In this document: positions 12,610 through 25,684 of the stretch, piece by piece
How the letters are laid out: the number at the start of each line of letters is the position of its first letter
Numbering within the stretch: position 1 is the first letter of the stretch
Assembly (NCBI GenBank): GCA_951406725.2
Contig: OX597821.1
Coordinates: 22,878,001 to 22,942,000 of the forward strand
From: Octopus vulgaris
Taxonomy: Eukaryota
Length of the DNA: 64,000 nucleotides
Reading direction: 5' to 3'
Notes under the pieces: model-generated
What the model was told of the DNA's origin: nothing
Database searches by the model: none
What the model saw: the letters and a program-made list of their open reading frames with translations, nothing else
Made by a program: the position numbers and the translations under genes

Positions 12610-13598
12610 TCAGCAGAATCCTGTAACTGCCCTACATACGTACATGCATACATACATATGCCAAACGCAAAATGGAGACGGGTTACCATCATTCCTTAAG
12701 TGGAACACTTGGAAATTGTTATGTATGAAACCTGATATAGTGGCTATTTATTTTCATTGTTCGCCACTAACATGCGTATGTATATATATATATACAGAAA
12801 ACAAATTATTTAGAAAAGGGGTGGCGGAAAAGTATTACAAATCTAACAGCTGTTTCTGGGGACTTGGTGGTCCATAATAACGTTCGCTGATTGATTCCAT
12901 CATAGGATGAGACGAGCTGCCGTCTTCGTGGAAAAGATCTTACATTTTGCAGATGTGGAAGAGAAAAAAAAAACGACGGACGTGTTAAAAGTCATCGCTT
13001 CGCAAGAGTTCTAAGACTGCTTTGAACAGTAGAAAACGCGCCTGGATGGACGCATTGCTTCAAATGGAGAATACTCCGAAGGCGATAAATGTGCTATTAT
13101 TACAGTCTTTTATACAGTATATTCTATTTAAACCTCTGTCTGACGTATGTTTCTGCATTATGGGATATCTTATTATGTGGTTTTTATTTGCATCGTGTTG
13201 GTTTATCTGCATCTAGATTTCAACCTGGTTTAAAATGTAAAACGGATCCGTACAGCTTTATTCAAGTTGTTGCCAATGTTACAGCTTGAAGCAAACTGGA
13301 GTAGAATGGTTTAGACAGTCCTATATTTTTGGTAAGGGACAATAAGTGCTGAGTGCAAAGAATAATAGAGGAAGCAGTGTGAAATAGGATATGGCTATAA
13401 AGTTCGTTATCAAATCGACACTAGGATGACCCTAAGGTTTAGTTGTAGAATCCTGAATGCCAGATATAAAACCAGCCTTAAGCGAAATAGATAGGAATAC
13501 TTTCAGTGGGAGATGTAAACCTTAAAGGTCGCTAAGTGAAACCGAATTTGAAAATATAAGATAAACGTGATTTACTTGTTAGGCCGGTGTATTGTTCA

Positions 13599-13830
13599 TG
13601 ATATGTGTAGTTTCGTTCTCGGTGGATGATAGACAACTCAAATGAAGGCATTGTTATTGTTTTACGTGTTTATTTACTTTACTTGTTACACGAACTGTCA
13701 ACATTCAGCGTAGTGATACATATATACTTTAGACACAGTTCGTACTGTTAACTAGCAAAATAGTGCCAAAAGTGGGGATGTATTCTACACACGTATACCT
13801 ACGTATACACATAGATATGAATGTGTAACA
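13599..13830 (-). repeat. Putative 3' LTR
   Basis: Begins TG directly after the polypurine tract and contains AATAAA. The distal end is approximate and no matching 5' LTR was found. Confidence 0.55.
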
Positions 13831-14019
13831 TCCCTTCTTCTTGAAAAAAATAAAGGGGTATTTTGGCAGTGAAGACAAATACAAGTAGTCTCCCTTACTC
13901 TAATGGATTGTCAGCGCGAGGTGGCAATCCTGCAGCAGAAACCGTGAGATTATTCTGCCTCTGCTTTGTAATCTAGTAGAATTAGTTATTTATCTTTTCA
14001 TTTTCTTTTTTTTTTTTCT

Positions 14020-15060
14020 TTAACGGTATCGAACCGGTGGCAGAATGTTCGATCTCCATCTGGTGGATCTTGTGCTTCGCACCGGTGTCTGAGGTGTGTT
14101 GTTGGGCTGCTGATGGATGGTTGGTGCCCGTTGGGGTGATGATTCTGTAGGTGTTGTCACTGATGCAGCAGGTGTTGTACACGTTGTCCTCGACAGCTTT
14201 GGTGTTGGGCGGATGTGGGCCCTGTTGCGTCTCAGCTGCCTACCAGATTCCGTTTCTATTATATACGATCTTGGATTTTCAGCTCTACTGACAACCCGTG
14301 CTGGGATCCATGTTTTAGTTATGGGATCTTGAGTATGCACATGTTGTCCTCCAAGTATCTCAGGAAAGTATTGTGCATGTTTGTTGTAATATTTCTGTGA
14401 TTGTTCTTGAGTGGCTGCTAGCTTTGCCCCCGTCCCTTCCTGGTCAATAGGAGGTTGGATCTTAGTTGGCAGGGTAGTTTTGTACTTCCTGCCATTCAGC
14501 AATTCTGCTGGGGATTTCATGTCAGCTCTCAGTGGTGTCGCTCGTAGGGACAGAAGTGCCAGGTGTGGGTCTTCCTTAGTCTCTCGGCATTTGACTAGTG
14601 TTCTCTTCACTGTCTGCACCTGTCTTTCTATAAACCCTTGACCTTTGGGGTAGTGTGGAGATGAGGCTGTAATATTGAACCCATACTCATCGACTAGCTT
14701 TTTGAATTCTTGCGATGGGAACTGGGTTCCATTGTCACATATGATCTGCTCTGGTATTCCTTGCTCTGCTAGAAGTCCTCGAGCCACTGTAGTGATTGTT
14801 TTGGCTACCAGGTTTTTCACTTTTGTCACAAATGGAAATTTGGAGTAGTAGCAAGCTATTATCAAATACCATTCTTGGCTCTCTGTGAACAGATCTACTC
14901 CAATAGTTTGCCATGGCCTTCTTGGGATGTCACTAGATATCATTTCCTCCTTTTGTTGTGAGTTTCTGTACTTTTGACAGATGTGGCATGTAGAAACTGT
15001 CTTTTCTATGTCTTTGTACATGCCTGCCCAATATACTGCTGACTTGGCTCGAGCTTGCAT
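14020..15060 (-). pseudogene. Gypsy integrase (open 346-aa segment)
   Basis: YW.GM..DIE..V..C..CQ, PW..IGVDLF, P..I.CDNGTQF, G.IERQV. Confidence 0.9.
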
Positions 15061-18000
15061 TTCTCCATTCCTAGATGCCCTTGGTGGATCTTGTCAAGAA
15101 TCTCTTTTTGCATTGACTTGGGTATAATTATTCGGGAATCCAGCCATCAGGATCCCATTCTCCACTGATATATCATCATGGATGGCCCAATATTCACGAA
15201 TGAGGGGCTGCACCTGATGTCTCTTTTCTGGCCACCACTGAATCACCATCTGAGTAAGGAGCTGGAGTTCTTCATCTTTGCTGGTCTCCTCTTTGATGTC
15301 TGCTAGCTTTGTGGTTCTTACATTTACAATGTGGTAGACCTTTATGCTTAGTCCTTCCATCTGTTTATCATGTGAGGATAGTCTGGAAAGAGCATCCGCC
15401 AATATCAGGTCTTTTCCTGGCTTGTACCTGATATTGTAGTCGTATGTTTGAAGCCTTAACAGTAATCTTTTCAGTCTGGCTGGTGCTTTCGTGAGGTTTC
15501 TTCTATGTATTTGTTCTAGCGGGCGATGGTCTGTTTCAATATTGAAATGTCTGCCATACAGGTATGTATGGAACTTTTCACTTCCATATACTACTGCCAG
15601 GAGTTCCCTTTCAATATTTACGTACCTTTTCTCTGTGGGTGAGAGAGCTTTCAAGGAATATGCAATGGGTTTACCTTCCTGTATCAGTGCTGTGCCAACT
15701 CCTCTCATAGAAGCATCGACTTGGAGTGTATTACTGGTTTGCGTCTGTCATAGTATTGCAGAGTTGTCTCCTTACTGATGAGCTTTTTGATTGCTTTGAA
15801 ATCCTGTGTGTGTGAAGCACACCAATCAAACTCTACGTCATCTTTGTTTAGCTCTCGAAGATTTGCAGTGTGATCGGCCAGCTTGGGTATGAAGGCTCCC
15901 ATGTAGTGGATGAGTCCCAGGAAGCTCCTGAGTTCCTTCTTGTCTTTGGGTTCTTTGATGTCTCTGATGACTTCCACTTTAGCGGGGTCTGGTTTAACTC
16001 CCTCTACAGAGTATACAATTCCAAAGAATTTGCACTCCTTTGCTTTTATCACACACTTGTCTGCATTGAGTTTGATGCCTGCTTGTCGGGTTTTCTCCAT
16101 AGCTTCATGTAAATTAAAGTCATGTGTGGTCTCATCCTTGCCATGCACTTGGATGTCATCTGCTATCCCAATTGCTCCCTTGCAGCCTTGGTAGGTCTCA
16201 TCTATTTGGCGCTGGAAAACATCTTGGCTCACCTTCAATCCAAATGGGAGTCGGTTGAATCGATATCTGCCAAATGGTGTGTTGAAGGTAGTGAGCATGG
16301 GTGACTCTTTGTCTATCTTTACATTCCAGTACCCATTACTGGCATCCAGTTTGCTGAATAATTTGGATCCAGCCAATGATGGTGTGATTTCTTCAAGGGT
16401 TGGAATTGGATGGTACTCTCTTTTTAATGCCTTGTTCAGGTCCCTTGGGTCGAGGCATATCCGTAGGGCACCATTGGGTTTTTACCTTGATTACAATTGA
16501 ATTCAACCAGTCTGTTGGTCGTGTCACTTTGGTGATTATTTCTATTTTTTCCATTCTGTCCAACTCTACCTTCAGCTTCTCTTTTAGTTCTAGAGGGACG
16601 CGGCGAGGTGGGTGAACAATTGGTTTGATATTGGGGTCGACTGTTATATGATATCGACATTTCACAAAGCACCCGACTGTATCGTCAAAGCATTCAGGGT
16701 ACATGCTTATCAGTTCTTCTTTGTTTGGGATTGGTGGTCAATCCTGCTTGGAGCTGCCTTCACTTCACCATTGATTGACACAATATTTAGCTTTTTGCAG
16801 GTATTGAGTCCAAGAAATGCTGGTCCTTCTGTTCTTGTGACATAAAAAGAACACTTGATTATTTTTCCTTTGTGTGTCCCTGTGATTGTTGTTTTGCTCA
16901 GTTGTGGAATCCTGGTACCTCCGTACGCAGTGAGGATTACATCACTTGGTGTGAGGATTCCTTCTTTGACTTTATCCTCTAGTGTCATGTGTTCTGGGAA
17001 CATCTTTTTGTAGAGGTTGACAGGCAATATATCACTCTGGGCTCCAGTGTCAATCTTTAGCCTTAAGTCAATGTTTATTCGTTTCTTGCCAGACTTCTTT
17101 TGTATTCGTATCGTTGTGTATGCCTCATTTTTTTTCTGGTCGTCATTTCCCATCTCATGCACATTTATTGTGCCGACTGCCATGAATTCCTCATCTGAGG
17201 TGTTTTGTTCTTGTTGTTGGGCATGTATATCTCTTTGTTCTCTATTTCCGCTCCTCTTTGAAAATTGGGGCTTGTTTTTCTGGGATTTTGTTAGCCTACA
17301 CATTTTCCCCCAGTGGTTGGGTTTTCCACATGCTTTGCAGTGTGTACCGAATGCAGGACATTTCTTCCGGTTATTGAACTCATGCTCCGTACCACAGTAC
17401 TGGCATGTTCTTTGTTTGCGGGTATGTTTCGTCCTGTGCCTAGATACAATATCTACACTGCTGCCTGGTGCGCTTGTTTGTAAAGTAAGTGAGGCCATTT
17501 GTTTGGTAGTGGCTTCGAATGCTCTTGCAGTGTCTACTGCGTCTATCAACTGGAGAGTGTCCTTACCTATGAGGGATTTCTGGACTTCTTTATGAGCACA
17601 CCCCCATATTAGTTGATCAATAATTATTTCGTCCTTGTCTTTGAATTTGCATTTTTCGGCAACATTCTTTAGTCTGGACAGGAAATTGTCAATCGTTTCT
17701 TGTGGGTCTTGTTTCAGGCCCTGGAATTTGTATCTGTGAATTCTATGGTTCGATCTGGGCTCTAGGTGCCTTTCAAATTTCTCTAAAAGTGTTTGGGTTA
17801 TTGCAATCCGATTCTGACATGTCCCAGCTATTGAATAGGTCTAGGCCCTTCTCTCCCGTTCATAAAAGGATGTAGCTTACTTTTTCATCGGCAGTTGTAC
17901 CTTTCAGGAAACATTTGAAAGCTAGTTGAGTTTTCAGTTTGAATTTCTTGAATGCTTCCACGATATCATCGGAGTCCCAGTTCATGATTGGATGTAGATT

Positions 18001-18347
18001 CATCCAAGGTTGATCTGCTATGGAAAAATATGGTCATCTTCTCTGCAAATCTGGGTATCTTTTGTATGTACAGACCTAAAGAATTACCGAAGATCTTCAA
18101 AACAATTAACACCGATATTATCCACCCTCCAATATATCCGGAACTCTGTACTAAAAACCCATGTCACGTATCCTATAATCCGTTTTATATGTATTAATAC
18201 CCACAAAGCGCAACCGTTATTACGCGTTATACGTTTCAATCCCATATTGCATGATTTAACTGTATTTGTTCTCAATCAGAATTCCTAAACGAGATTTCAT
18301 ATCTTATATTCTATATTTCTGAACCATCAATAAGTATAGCTATACGT

Positions 18348-18555
18348 GGAGGTGCAATGGCCCAGTGGTTGGGGCAGCGAACACGCGGTCGTGGGATCGT
18401 GGTTTTGATTCCCAGACCAGGCGTTGGGAGTGTCTATTGAGCAAAATCACCTAAAGCTCCACGATCTCCGGCAGGGTGTGTGGATGATGGTGTAGCTACT
18501 CTTTCACCACAACTTTCGCTCACTCTTTCTTCCTGTTTCTGTTGTACCTGTATAT
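18348..18555 (+). mobile_element. tRNA-derived SINE fragment
   Basis: A-box TGGCCCAGTGG and degenerate B-box GGTTTTGATTCC. Body resembles the sequence at about 26120-26180. Confidence 0.7.
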
Positions 18556-19089
18556 ATGGTAGTTACTTTGAAGAATAAAACACCCGCATTATTGAAATAT
18601 ATTGTGATAAATTTCATGTTTCAAAACCTTGCTTACTTTTTACCCTCGTAACAGCTGTTTCATATTACCAAATGTTTCGTGTTAACAATCCTTCCTAATT
18701 TCGATGGTTAATTCAACAGTTGTCTGACGATTATTGAGTTACATGACACCGACTGCCCACATTAAGAAATTACGTGAATGGAACGCTACCTACAATATCA
18801 GACAAAGGGACCTAAACCTAGAAAGGCTGTGGGTATCAGTCAACCGTCCAAAAAATAACTCGGAGAATTGCTTAAACAGAAAAGATGAAATATTTAGTTG
18901 ATGCCTACACGTGTATAAGTATTTCTAATCCAGTAAAAAAATTCCCTATTGCTAGACGAACTTTTATTACACTTCGTGATGAGCAAATTCTATACCTAAA
19001 TTAAATTAGATGTTGATTTGTAACAAATACCATAAAGGTTATACATTGTTTTTTTTTTTGTTAGTTTTTTTTTGTTGTTTTTTTGTGAA

Positions 19090-19200
19090 GTGTAAACCGT
19101 CCCTACCGCAAAAGAAATATATCTTAATGGTAGTTGATGAATACTCACGTTACGCTTTTGATTTTTTTTCTTCTGATATCATCCCTCAAATCATTGTATA
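19090..19200 (+). mobile_element. Retroviral-type integrase fragment
   Basis: KYILMVVDEYSRYAF motif in ORF 19010..19315. Confidence 0.55.
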
Positions 19201-19244
19201 TATCCACATACATACATACATACATACATACATACATACATACA

Positions 19245-19275
<31 letters not shown>

Positions 19276-19277
19276 GC

Positions 19278-19316
<39 letters not shown>

Positions 19317-19344
19317 TGTGTGTGAGTGTGTGAGTGTGTAACTG

Positions 19345-19900
19345 AAATTTATATCAAAACAAAAGACGAAGACAGGTGTATGAACAACAAGCAGGTGTAT
19401 TAATTTGACGCTCGGGAAAATGAAAAAGTCTGTTACGTTTCGAGCCTACGCCCTTCAACAGAAAGGAATAAGAGAAAATAGACAGAGAGAGAATGAAAAA
19501 AAACTGGTAGATTTAGCGGTCAAGCATCGCAAATGATTAGAAAAAACGTTTGAACGAAGAGGTTGAAAGAAGGTGAAATAATAAAGTACTGGTGATCCCA
19601 AATGAAGGTGCGCGTGCGTGTGTATGTGTACGTGTGTGAATAGGGGCTAGTGACTCTGACGTGAGTGTGTGCATGTGTAAGTGTGTAAGTGTATAAGTGT
19701 TGTATTGAATCACCGGTGGAGCGGAAATGATGCGAGACCGGGGCGTCATTGCCGAGTTTGATGTCTCAGAGGTGCTCCGCGAACCGGTCGACTAAGCGGC
19801 GTCCGTTTGACCGGTGTACAGGGAAGGGTAGAAACAGAAGGAGATGCAGTAAATGACGTTACTAGAAGTGCAGGTAAAGGAGTGGATGATGTGATAGGAC
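19345..19900 (-). mobile_element. Penelope-like element 3' end: GIY-YIG endonuclease plus terminal region with a hammerhead-like motif
   Basis: Minus strand reads HSFTCTSSNVIYCIS...LYTGQT/GRRLVDRFAEHL*DI..NDAPVSHHFRSTG. Downstream lies CTGTTGA-A-GGGC GTAG GCTC-GAAA-CG-TA (19430-19465). Confidence 0.88.
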
Positions 19901-20120
19901 GCAGCAAATGATTTTAGCTCACTAGAGGCGATTCATTGGTTAAAATTCGAAAAATTAAACTACGTTAAACAAACGGATTACAATTTTCCCAAGAAAGTCA
20001 AGAGAAAAAAATGTTTTATTTTGACACATTCTACCAGTATACGAAGTTTTAAAGTGTTTAGTTAACTAGAAATTGTGTTGACATGTGCCGTTCAAAAGGA
20101 AAAGATCCTTATATAGACTA

Positions 20121-20986
20121 CTAGCATTAAAGACCCGTCGTTGCCGGGTCATAGTGCTAGTGCATGTATATATGTGTATATATATGTGTACATATTACAT
20201 GTACATCTATATATATACATCTAGACATAAAATACAAAATACAGAGTTATATCTTGATATCGCTAGTGCGGGACGTCCTACGTTCCAGATATAAAGGTAA
20301 AAATAAAATATTTCCACTTTGCAAGTTCGAGTCGAGTACTCCCTTGTACGCTCCGTTGACTCGAACCTTGCTTCTATTGTGGTGAATTTACCGCCTCTGA
20401 TTAGATACCTTTCATAGTCGCACCAAGACACTTTTCGAAGGAGCTTTCCTCCATGTGTTCAAATCTTTTTTTTTTCTCTACATCATATACTTTATAGACA
20501 ATAGTCTTTTCTTTAATTTAATTTTTCATTATCCATCTGGACTATTCCATTTCTGCACGCTAATTTTATTTTTAATTTATTCCCATTCATGTGAAACCAC
20601 TTATTCAAGTTCAAATCATTGATGCAATTTTATACCAATTGCTATTTTTACTTTTGTTATGTTACGATTATATTATACTTTAGTTTGATTTTAATTATTA
20701 CTTACTACATATAATTCAATTGTTTGCCCATGAAACTACATGGACCCTAAGTAAGGCATTTGTAAAATTTGAATGGAATTGGTTGTGTAGTTCTCAAGTT
20801 TTAGGGAATCGTAGTGGAGAAGATATGATATTGCTGTGGGCTCGCCCTAGGCAAAAAGTTGAACATTTTTTTGCCGATGACACTCCCCGGATCCTAAGTA
20901 AAGCATGTGTAAAATTTGAATGAAATTGGTTGAGTAGTTCTCAAGTTTTAGGGAAACACACATTCTCAGTTTTATATATATAAAGA
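20121..20986 (-). mobile_element. Non-autonomous Helitron
   Basis: Minus strand starts A|TCTTTATATATATAAAA and ends with hairpin ACCCGGCAACGACGGGT followed by CTAG|T. Internal duplication at about 20745-20810 and 20890-20955. Confidence 0.8.
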
Positions 20987-21219
20987 TATAGGTATACTAA
21001 AATACACGTTGTAATATATCTGCTTAACCAGAAAACTACACTGGGAGGGGAGGTATAGCCGTTTTATTTTTAATTCTAATGAAGAGGGACAGTTCCTATA
21101 AAGCATGTAGACACTCCCTCTGAATGTGTACAAGGTACACACATTCGCGCGCGTGTAAACTTACAAATGTGCACAGACATTCATATATCTGCACAAAAAT
21201 AAGCATACATGAATACAGG

Positions 21220-21254
<35 letters not shown>

Positions 21255-21619
21255 ACACACACAAACACACGTGCTTGTCCTATAAACAATGAACTTTTAG
21301 AAAGCAGCTCATTGCTAAAAACAATGCCTTTCGTTGAACTGTCAGCTTGCATGAAAGTTGACGAACGATTTTGAAAGAATAAAGGCTCCAAACATTGAAA
21401 GAACGAGAAAAATGAATGAGAAATGAAGGAAATGAAAAGTTTTAGAAAGTTATTTTCTTTTCTGTAATTTTTTCATTTCTTTCTTGTTTATTTCTTTAGT
21501 TAATGTTTGTTTTATTATTTTTTGTTTCGATTCGGCTGCTTTGCCTTTATTGTTGTTAAATTCTAAATTCCAAGTTTTTAATTCAACCCTGTCGTTTTCC
21601 AGAAATAAGGCAGAAGACC

Positions 21620-22680
21620 TAATGTGAGGGATGGGGTGGTGATAAAAAGGAGTATTGAGGTTTAGTGTGAGGAGAGCCTAATTTAGAGAGTGATAGAGAG
21701 AGAGAGAGAGAGAGCCAAGCAGACAGAAAAGAGAGAGATAGATAGGGAGAAAGAGAGAGAAAGAAGCAGCAGCAACGGAGAGACATAAGGAAAGAATAAC
21801 AAAGAGAGCGAGTGAGAGAGGGAAATGGTTGAAAGGTTAAGAGAGAAAGAAAGAATAAGAAATATGAGCAGACAAAAAAATGTGATGGGACAAAGAGAGG
21901 TGGGGTAGAAAAAGAAGAGTAGAGGAGAGAGGAATATATAGTCTGAGAGAGAGAGAAAGAGAGACAGGAAACCTGATCGATAAACATAGGAATTGACAGA
22001 TTGAGAGAGAGGGGGAGGTAGAGAGGATGTGATAAAAGATAGACACAACATTAATAGAAAGTGAGTGAGAGTAAGAGAGAAGGGGAGTAACTGAAATAAA
22101 GAAGGGGAGATATGGTGTGAGTATAAGCACTGAAAGAGTGGACAAAGAAAGAAAGAGAAGGTAAAGTGAGAAGAAGGAAAGGAAGAGTGGAGAGAGGGAG
22201 CGGGGAAGGATTAGTGACAGAAAAAGGGTGATGTTAAATAGAGAGTTGCTGACTGACAGAGAGAGAGAGAGAGAAAGGAAGAGAGAAAGGTGAAAGACAG
22301 AGGCAGAATAAGAAAGGGACAGAAAGAAGAAATGAATATATTATGACTGATAGAGGGAAGGGGAGAGTACAAAAAGATAGGGTGAAAGTAGAGAGGATGA
22401 GAGAGAGAGAGAGAGAGAGATGAAGTTTAGAAATATAATTGATTGAAGCAAAAGAGAGAGGGAAAACCTGAAGTGTAAAATGTTATGACATAGTGAGAGA
22501 GAGAAAAGAAAGGGAATTTCTAACAGAGAGAGGGTGCTGATGATAAGGAGAAAGAGAAAGCAAGTTAGAAAAGTAGAAAGGAGAGACAGAAAGAGCATGA
22601 GAGGTGGAACTTAAAACAAGAAAAAGAGGGGAAGTTGAGGCAGGGAGGAGGAGAGAGGGGGGAGGGCAGAGGAAGAACCA
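21620..22680. repeat. About 1-kb GA-rich polypurine tract
   Basis: Seen directly; produces the S/L/F-rich minus-strand ORFs. Confidence 0.95.
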
Positions 22681-23038
22681 AATCAAATGTAAATATCGGT
22701 GAGCATTGTTCAACTACAAATGATAGGACGTATTTGCTATCTGAAGGACAATGGCAGAATTAGAACCCAACACGGGCAAGTCTAGAAAACATTTTCAATT
22801 ATAAAATAACTACGATGAAGAGGTTCACTATACAATGATGTCTTTCAGTTTCAATCTCACAGCTGTGGCACCTTGAGCAAGTGTCTTCTACTGTAGCTCC
22901 TGACAAACCAAAGTATTGTGAATGGATTTGGAAGTTGGAAACTAAAAGATGCCCTTCACACCCCCCCACACACACACACGAAACTAAATAAATGACAAAG
23001 AAACAGGTAATTATGCAGTGAACTTCGTTAGCTTACTG

Positions 23039-23239
23039 CAGTGGTTTTCAACCAGGGTTCCGCCAGTACAGTCCAGGGGTTCTGCAAGAAGTTACAAAAC
23101 TGCTAACATCGACAGTAATTTTTAAGTCTCCTGTGCAGATATGTGTGCATAAGACTATTAAATTATTGTACAGGGGTTCCCCGAGCCAGTGGAATGTTTC
23201 CTTGGGGTTCCGCTCCAGCAAAAAGTTTGAAAAGCACTG
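23039..23239. mobile_element. hAT (Charlie-type) MITE
   Basis: TIRs CAGTGGTTTTCAA / TTGAAAAGCACTG with a perfect 8-bp TSD GCTTACTG (23031-23038, 23240-23247). Confidence 0.92.
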
Positions 23240-23770
23240 GCTTACTGCAATACACTCAGAGCTGAGTGTTTGTGCTTCACCTTATAGCTTCCTTCAAGCT
23301 TCTAAAATGAAGGTAAAGGTTATTTTCAGCTTATGCTTTATTCTGAAGCATATGTACAGGGGCATTTGGGGCTAAATTGAGTGTTTGGGCTAAATTTGAT
23401 ATTTTATATCTCCTTTTTTGTCAGGAAAAGTCTGATGTATTGGTGATCAGTCGGCAATGTTGGAAAGCATAAAGATTGGAGTTGTGGCTGAGAAAAAGTT
23501 GGCTGACATGGAGGATTGGAAGCCATCTGAATATTGGAAAAGTGTTTACACCAGGAGTCAAAATGCTTTGAGAACACTGTAAAGGCTGTACGACATGATG
23601 TAGACAGCTGCAATGGAGACTATGAAGTCATGGTCAGAAAAAAGGGACACAGCAGGTGTGCTGACAGTCTCCATATGCCACACAGAATTTATCCAGCAAT
23701 TTTGAACAGAGCCTTAGGTTCAATTCAGGCTGATGTGTGAAGCTGCTGGAGACTGTGGTCAAGCCCTGTA

Positions 23771-25480
23771 CACTACCGTCGGAAATTAATTAGCACCCTT
23801 GATTTGCTCTTCACTCAAGGTATGTGCTGTCACCTAGTGGCCATATCTCGAACTATTGCTTTGTTGTGAGTTCACTGTTGCGCAGAACGATGATGTAACT
23901 TTGTTTGCAGAGCGGTTTGAGAGTCTACAGCCTAATGATGTTGACATAGCAGTGCAACAACAACTTGGAGTGCGGATGCAGACAAATCTTCCTTTGTTTA
24001 ATAGATATAGGTAGCGCCTCGCAAGGACCGAAATCACACCGTACTAAGTTTTCTCATCGCGTAAGACGTTTTGAACAGCTTGTAGGTTAATTGATTTCTG
24101 TATTTGCAAGATTTTTTTTCCTCACAAATTCTCCTACACTCTGCTTCGTGACGTCACTTCCAGTTCACAAAACTTTCTGTTATACATCAAATAAGGTGAG
24201 AAATTCTGCTTTCTTTCTTTTTTGTTTAATGAATAATAACTCATAGCAGTTTTGTTATAGCATAACATTATTCAAATGAATAATTTTAATGAAAATAACT
24301 GGTTTTTATCGTTCATTCCTAGATGGGCCCAAGACCTCGCATGACCTTGGAGAGACGGTATGAGTCTCTCTCGTGGCGTGGGAAGCTGTCGGAGGCTGCA
24401 ATAGCCAGAAAACTTGGTGTAGCCAGGCGCACAATTCAGTGCTTATTTAAGAAATACGAGGAAACCGGATCAGCAGCTGACAAAAACGGTAGGGGACGGA
24501 AGAGGCTGACGACCCAGCGGGAGGACCGGATGCTGATCCGAAAGTCACTGAACAACCGAAGGGCAACGAGCCGGCAACTGGCGGAGGGGATGCAAAAGGT
24601 GACAGGGAAGCAGTTGTCTACAACCACCGTCAAGACCAGATTACTGGAAGCTGGTCTAAAATCCTGTAGGGCTACCCGTAAGCCGCTCCTTACAGCCCAA
24701 AACCGGAAGAGGCGGCTGCTCTGGGCCCATGCCCACAAGACATGGACCGTGCAGCAGTGGCGGACAGTGATGTTCACTGACGAGTCGCGATTCAGTCTCG
24801 TCAGTGACAAGCCTGTCCATGTGCGACGCCGCAGGGGTGAGTGCTTCAACAAAGACTGCATTGCTCCCACCATGAAGCATGGTGGGGGTGGTCTGATGGT
24901 GTGGGGGCGTTCAGCTACAGTGGTGTTGGGCGGCTCTATGCCGTCGAAGGCAACATCAACGCAGCAAAGTACGTTGAGATAGTACGGAATGCTGCCCTAC
25001 CCTCTGCGGGATACCTCTTTGGTGGTGAGGAGTACGTGCTCCAGCAGGACAACGCGCCTCCCCACACAGCCAAGCTCACAACCGGTTTCTTCAAGGACCA
25101 TGGGGTGATGGTCATGGACTGAACCCTATTGGGAACCTCTGGAGTCGATTGGGTAGGGATTTGAATGTGCAGCAATACAGGAACCGACACGAGCTGTTTG
25201 GGGCACTTCTTGCTGCATGGAGGGCCATCCCTGCACAGTACCTGCAGGCACTCATAGACAGCATGCCGGCCCGCGTAGCAGCTGTCATTGCTGCCAAAGG
25301 AGGAGCAACAAGATATTGACTAAATTTCACGATTAATAACAATTATGTGGTATGCTGGGATATGTTTTAATAAACTTTTGATTAAAAACGAGTTCGTTTC
25401 TGATAATAAGTTAATTAAATTAAGAAAATGTAAGAAAATGTAGAAATTTGAGAAGTGCTAATTAATTTCTGACGCAAGTG
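23771..25480 (+). mobile_element. Tc1 DNA transposon, full length, transposase inactivated
   Basis: TIRs CACTACCGTCGGAAATTAATTAGCAC / GTGCTAATTAATTTCTGACGCAAGTG with TA TSD. Confidence 0.95.
24323..25318 (+). pseudogene. Tc1 transposase
   Basis: GRGRK, RKPLL, FTDESRF, KHGGG.LMVWG, QQDNAPPH. Frameshift near 24905; the W-P-x-x-S-P-D-L motif is deleted and NPIENLW reads NPIGNLW. Confidence 0.92.
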
Positions 25481-25538
25481 TATGTGTATGCATATTTGTG
25501 TATGCGTGTATGCATTTGTGTGTGTGTGTGTGTGTGTG

Positions 25539-25573
<35 letters not shown>

Positions 25574-25684
25574 ATGTGTGTGTGTGTGCATGTGTGTGTG
25601 TGTCTGTGTTAGCATCACTATCTCCTTGCTTTGACATCACATGACAGTTGTAAGCACATGTCACAGTCATACGGACAGTGAAAA

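Larger units (their letters stand above)
13599..18030 (-). mobile_element. Ty3/Gypsy LTR retrotransposon (Mag-like), nearly complete gag-pol, frameshifted
   Basis: gag with double knuckle CQYCGTEH..CPAFGTHCKACGKPNHWGKMC; protease DTGAQ; RT SKLDASNGYW..RLPFG..IADD; RNase H ERELLAV..TDHRPL..ADALSR; integrase VDLF, DNG, ERQV, RRNR. Polypurine tract AAGAAGAAGGGA is followed by TGTTACAC at 13830. Confidence 0.95.
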
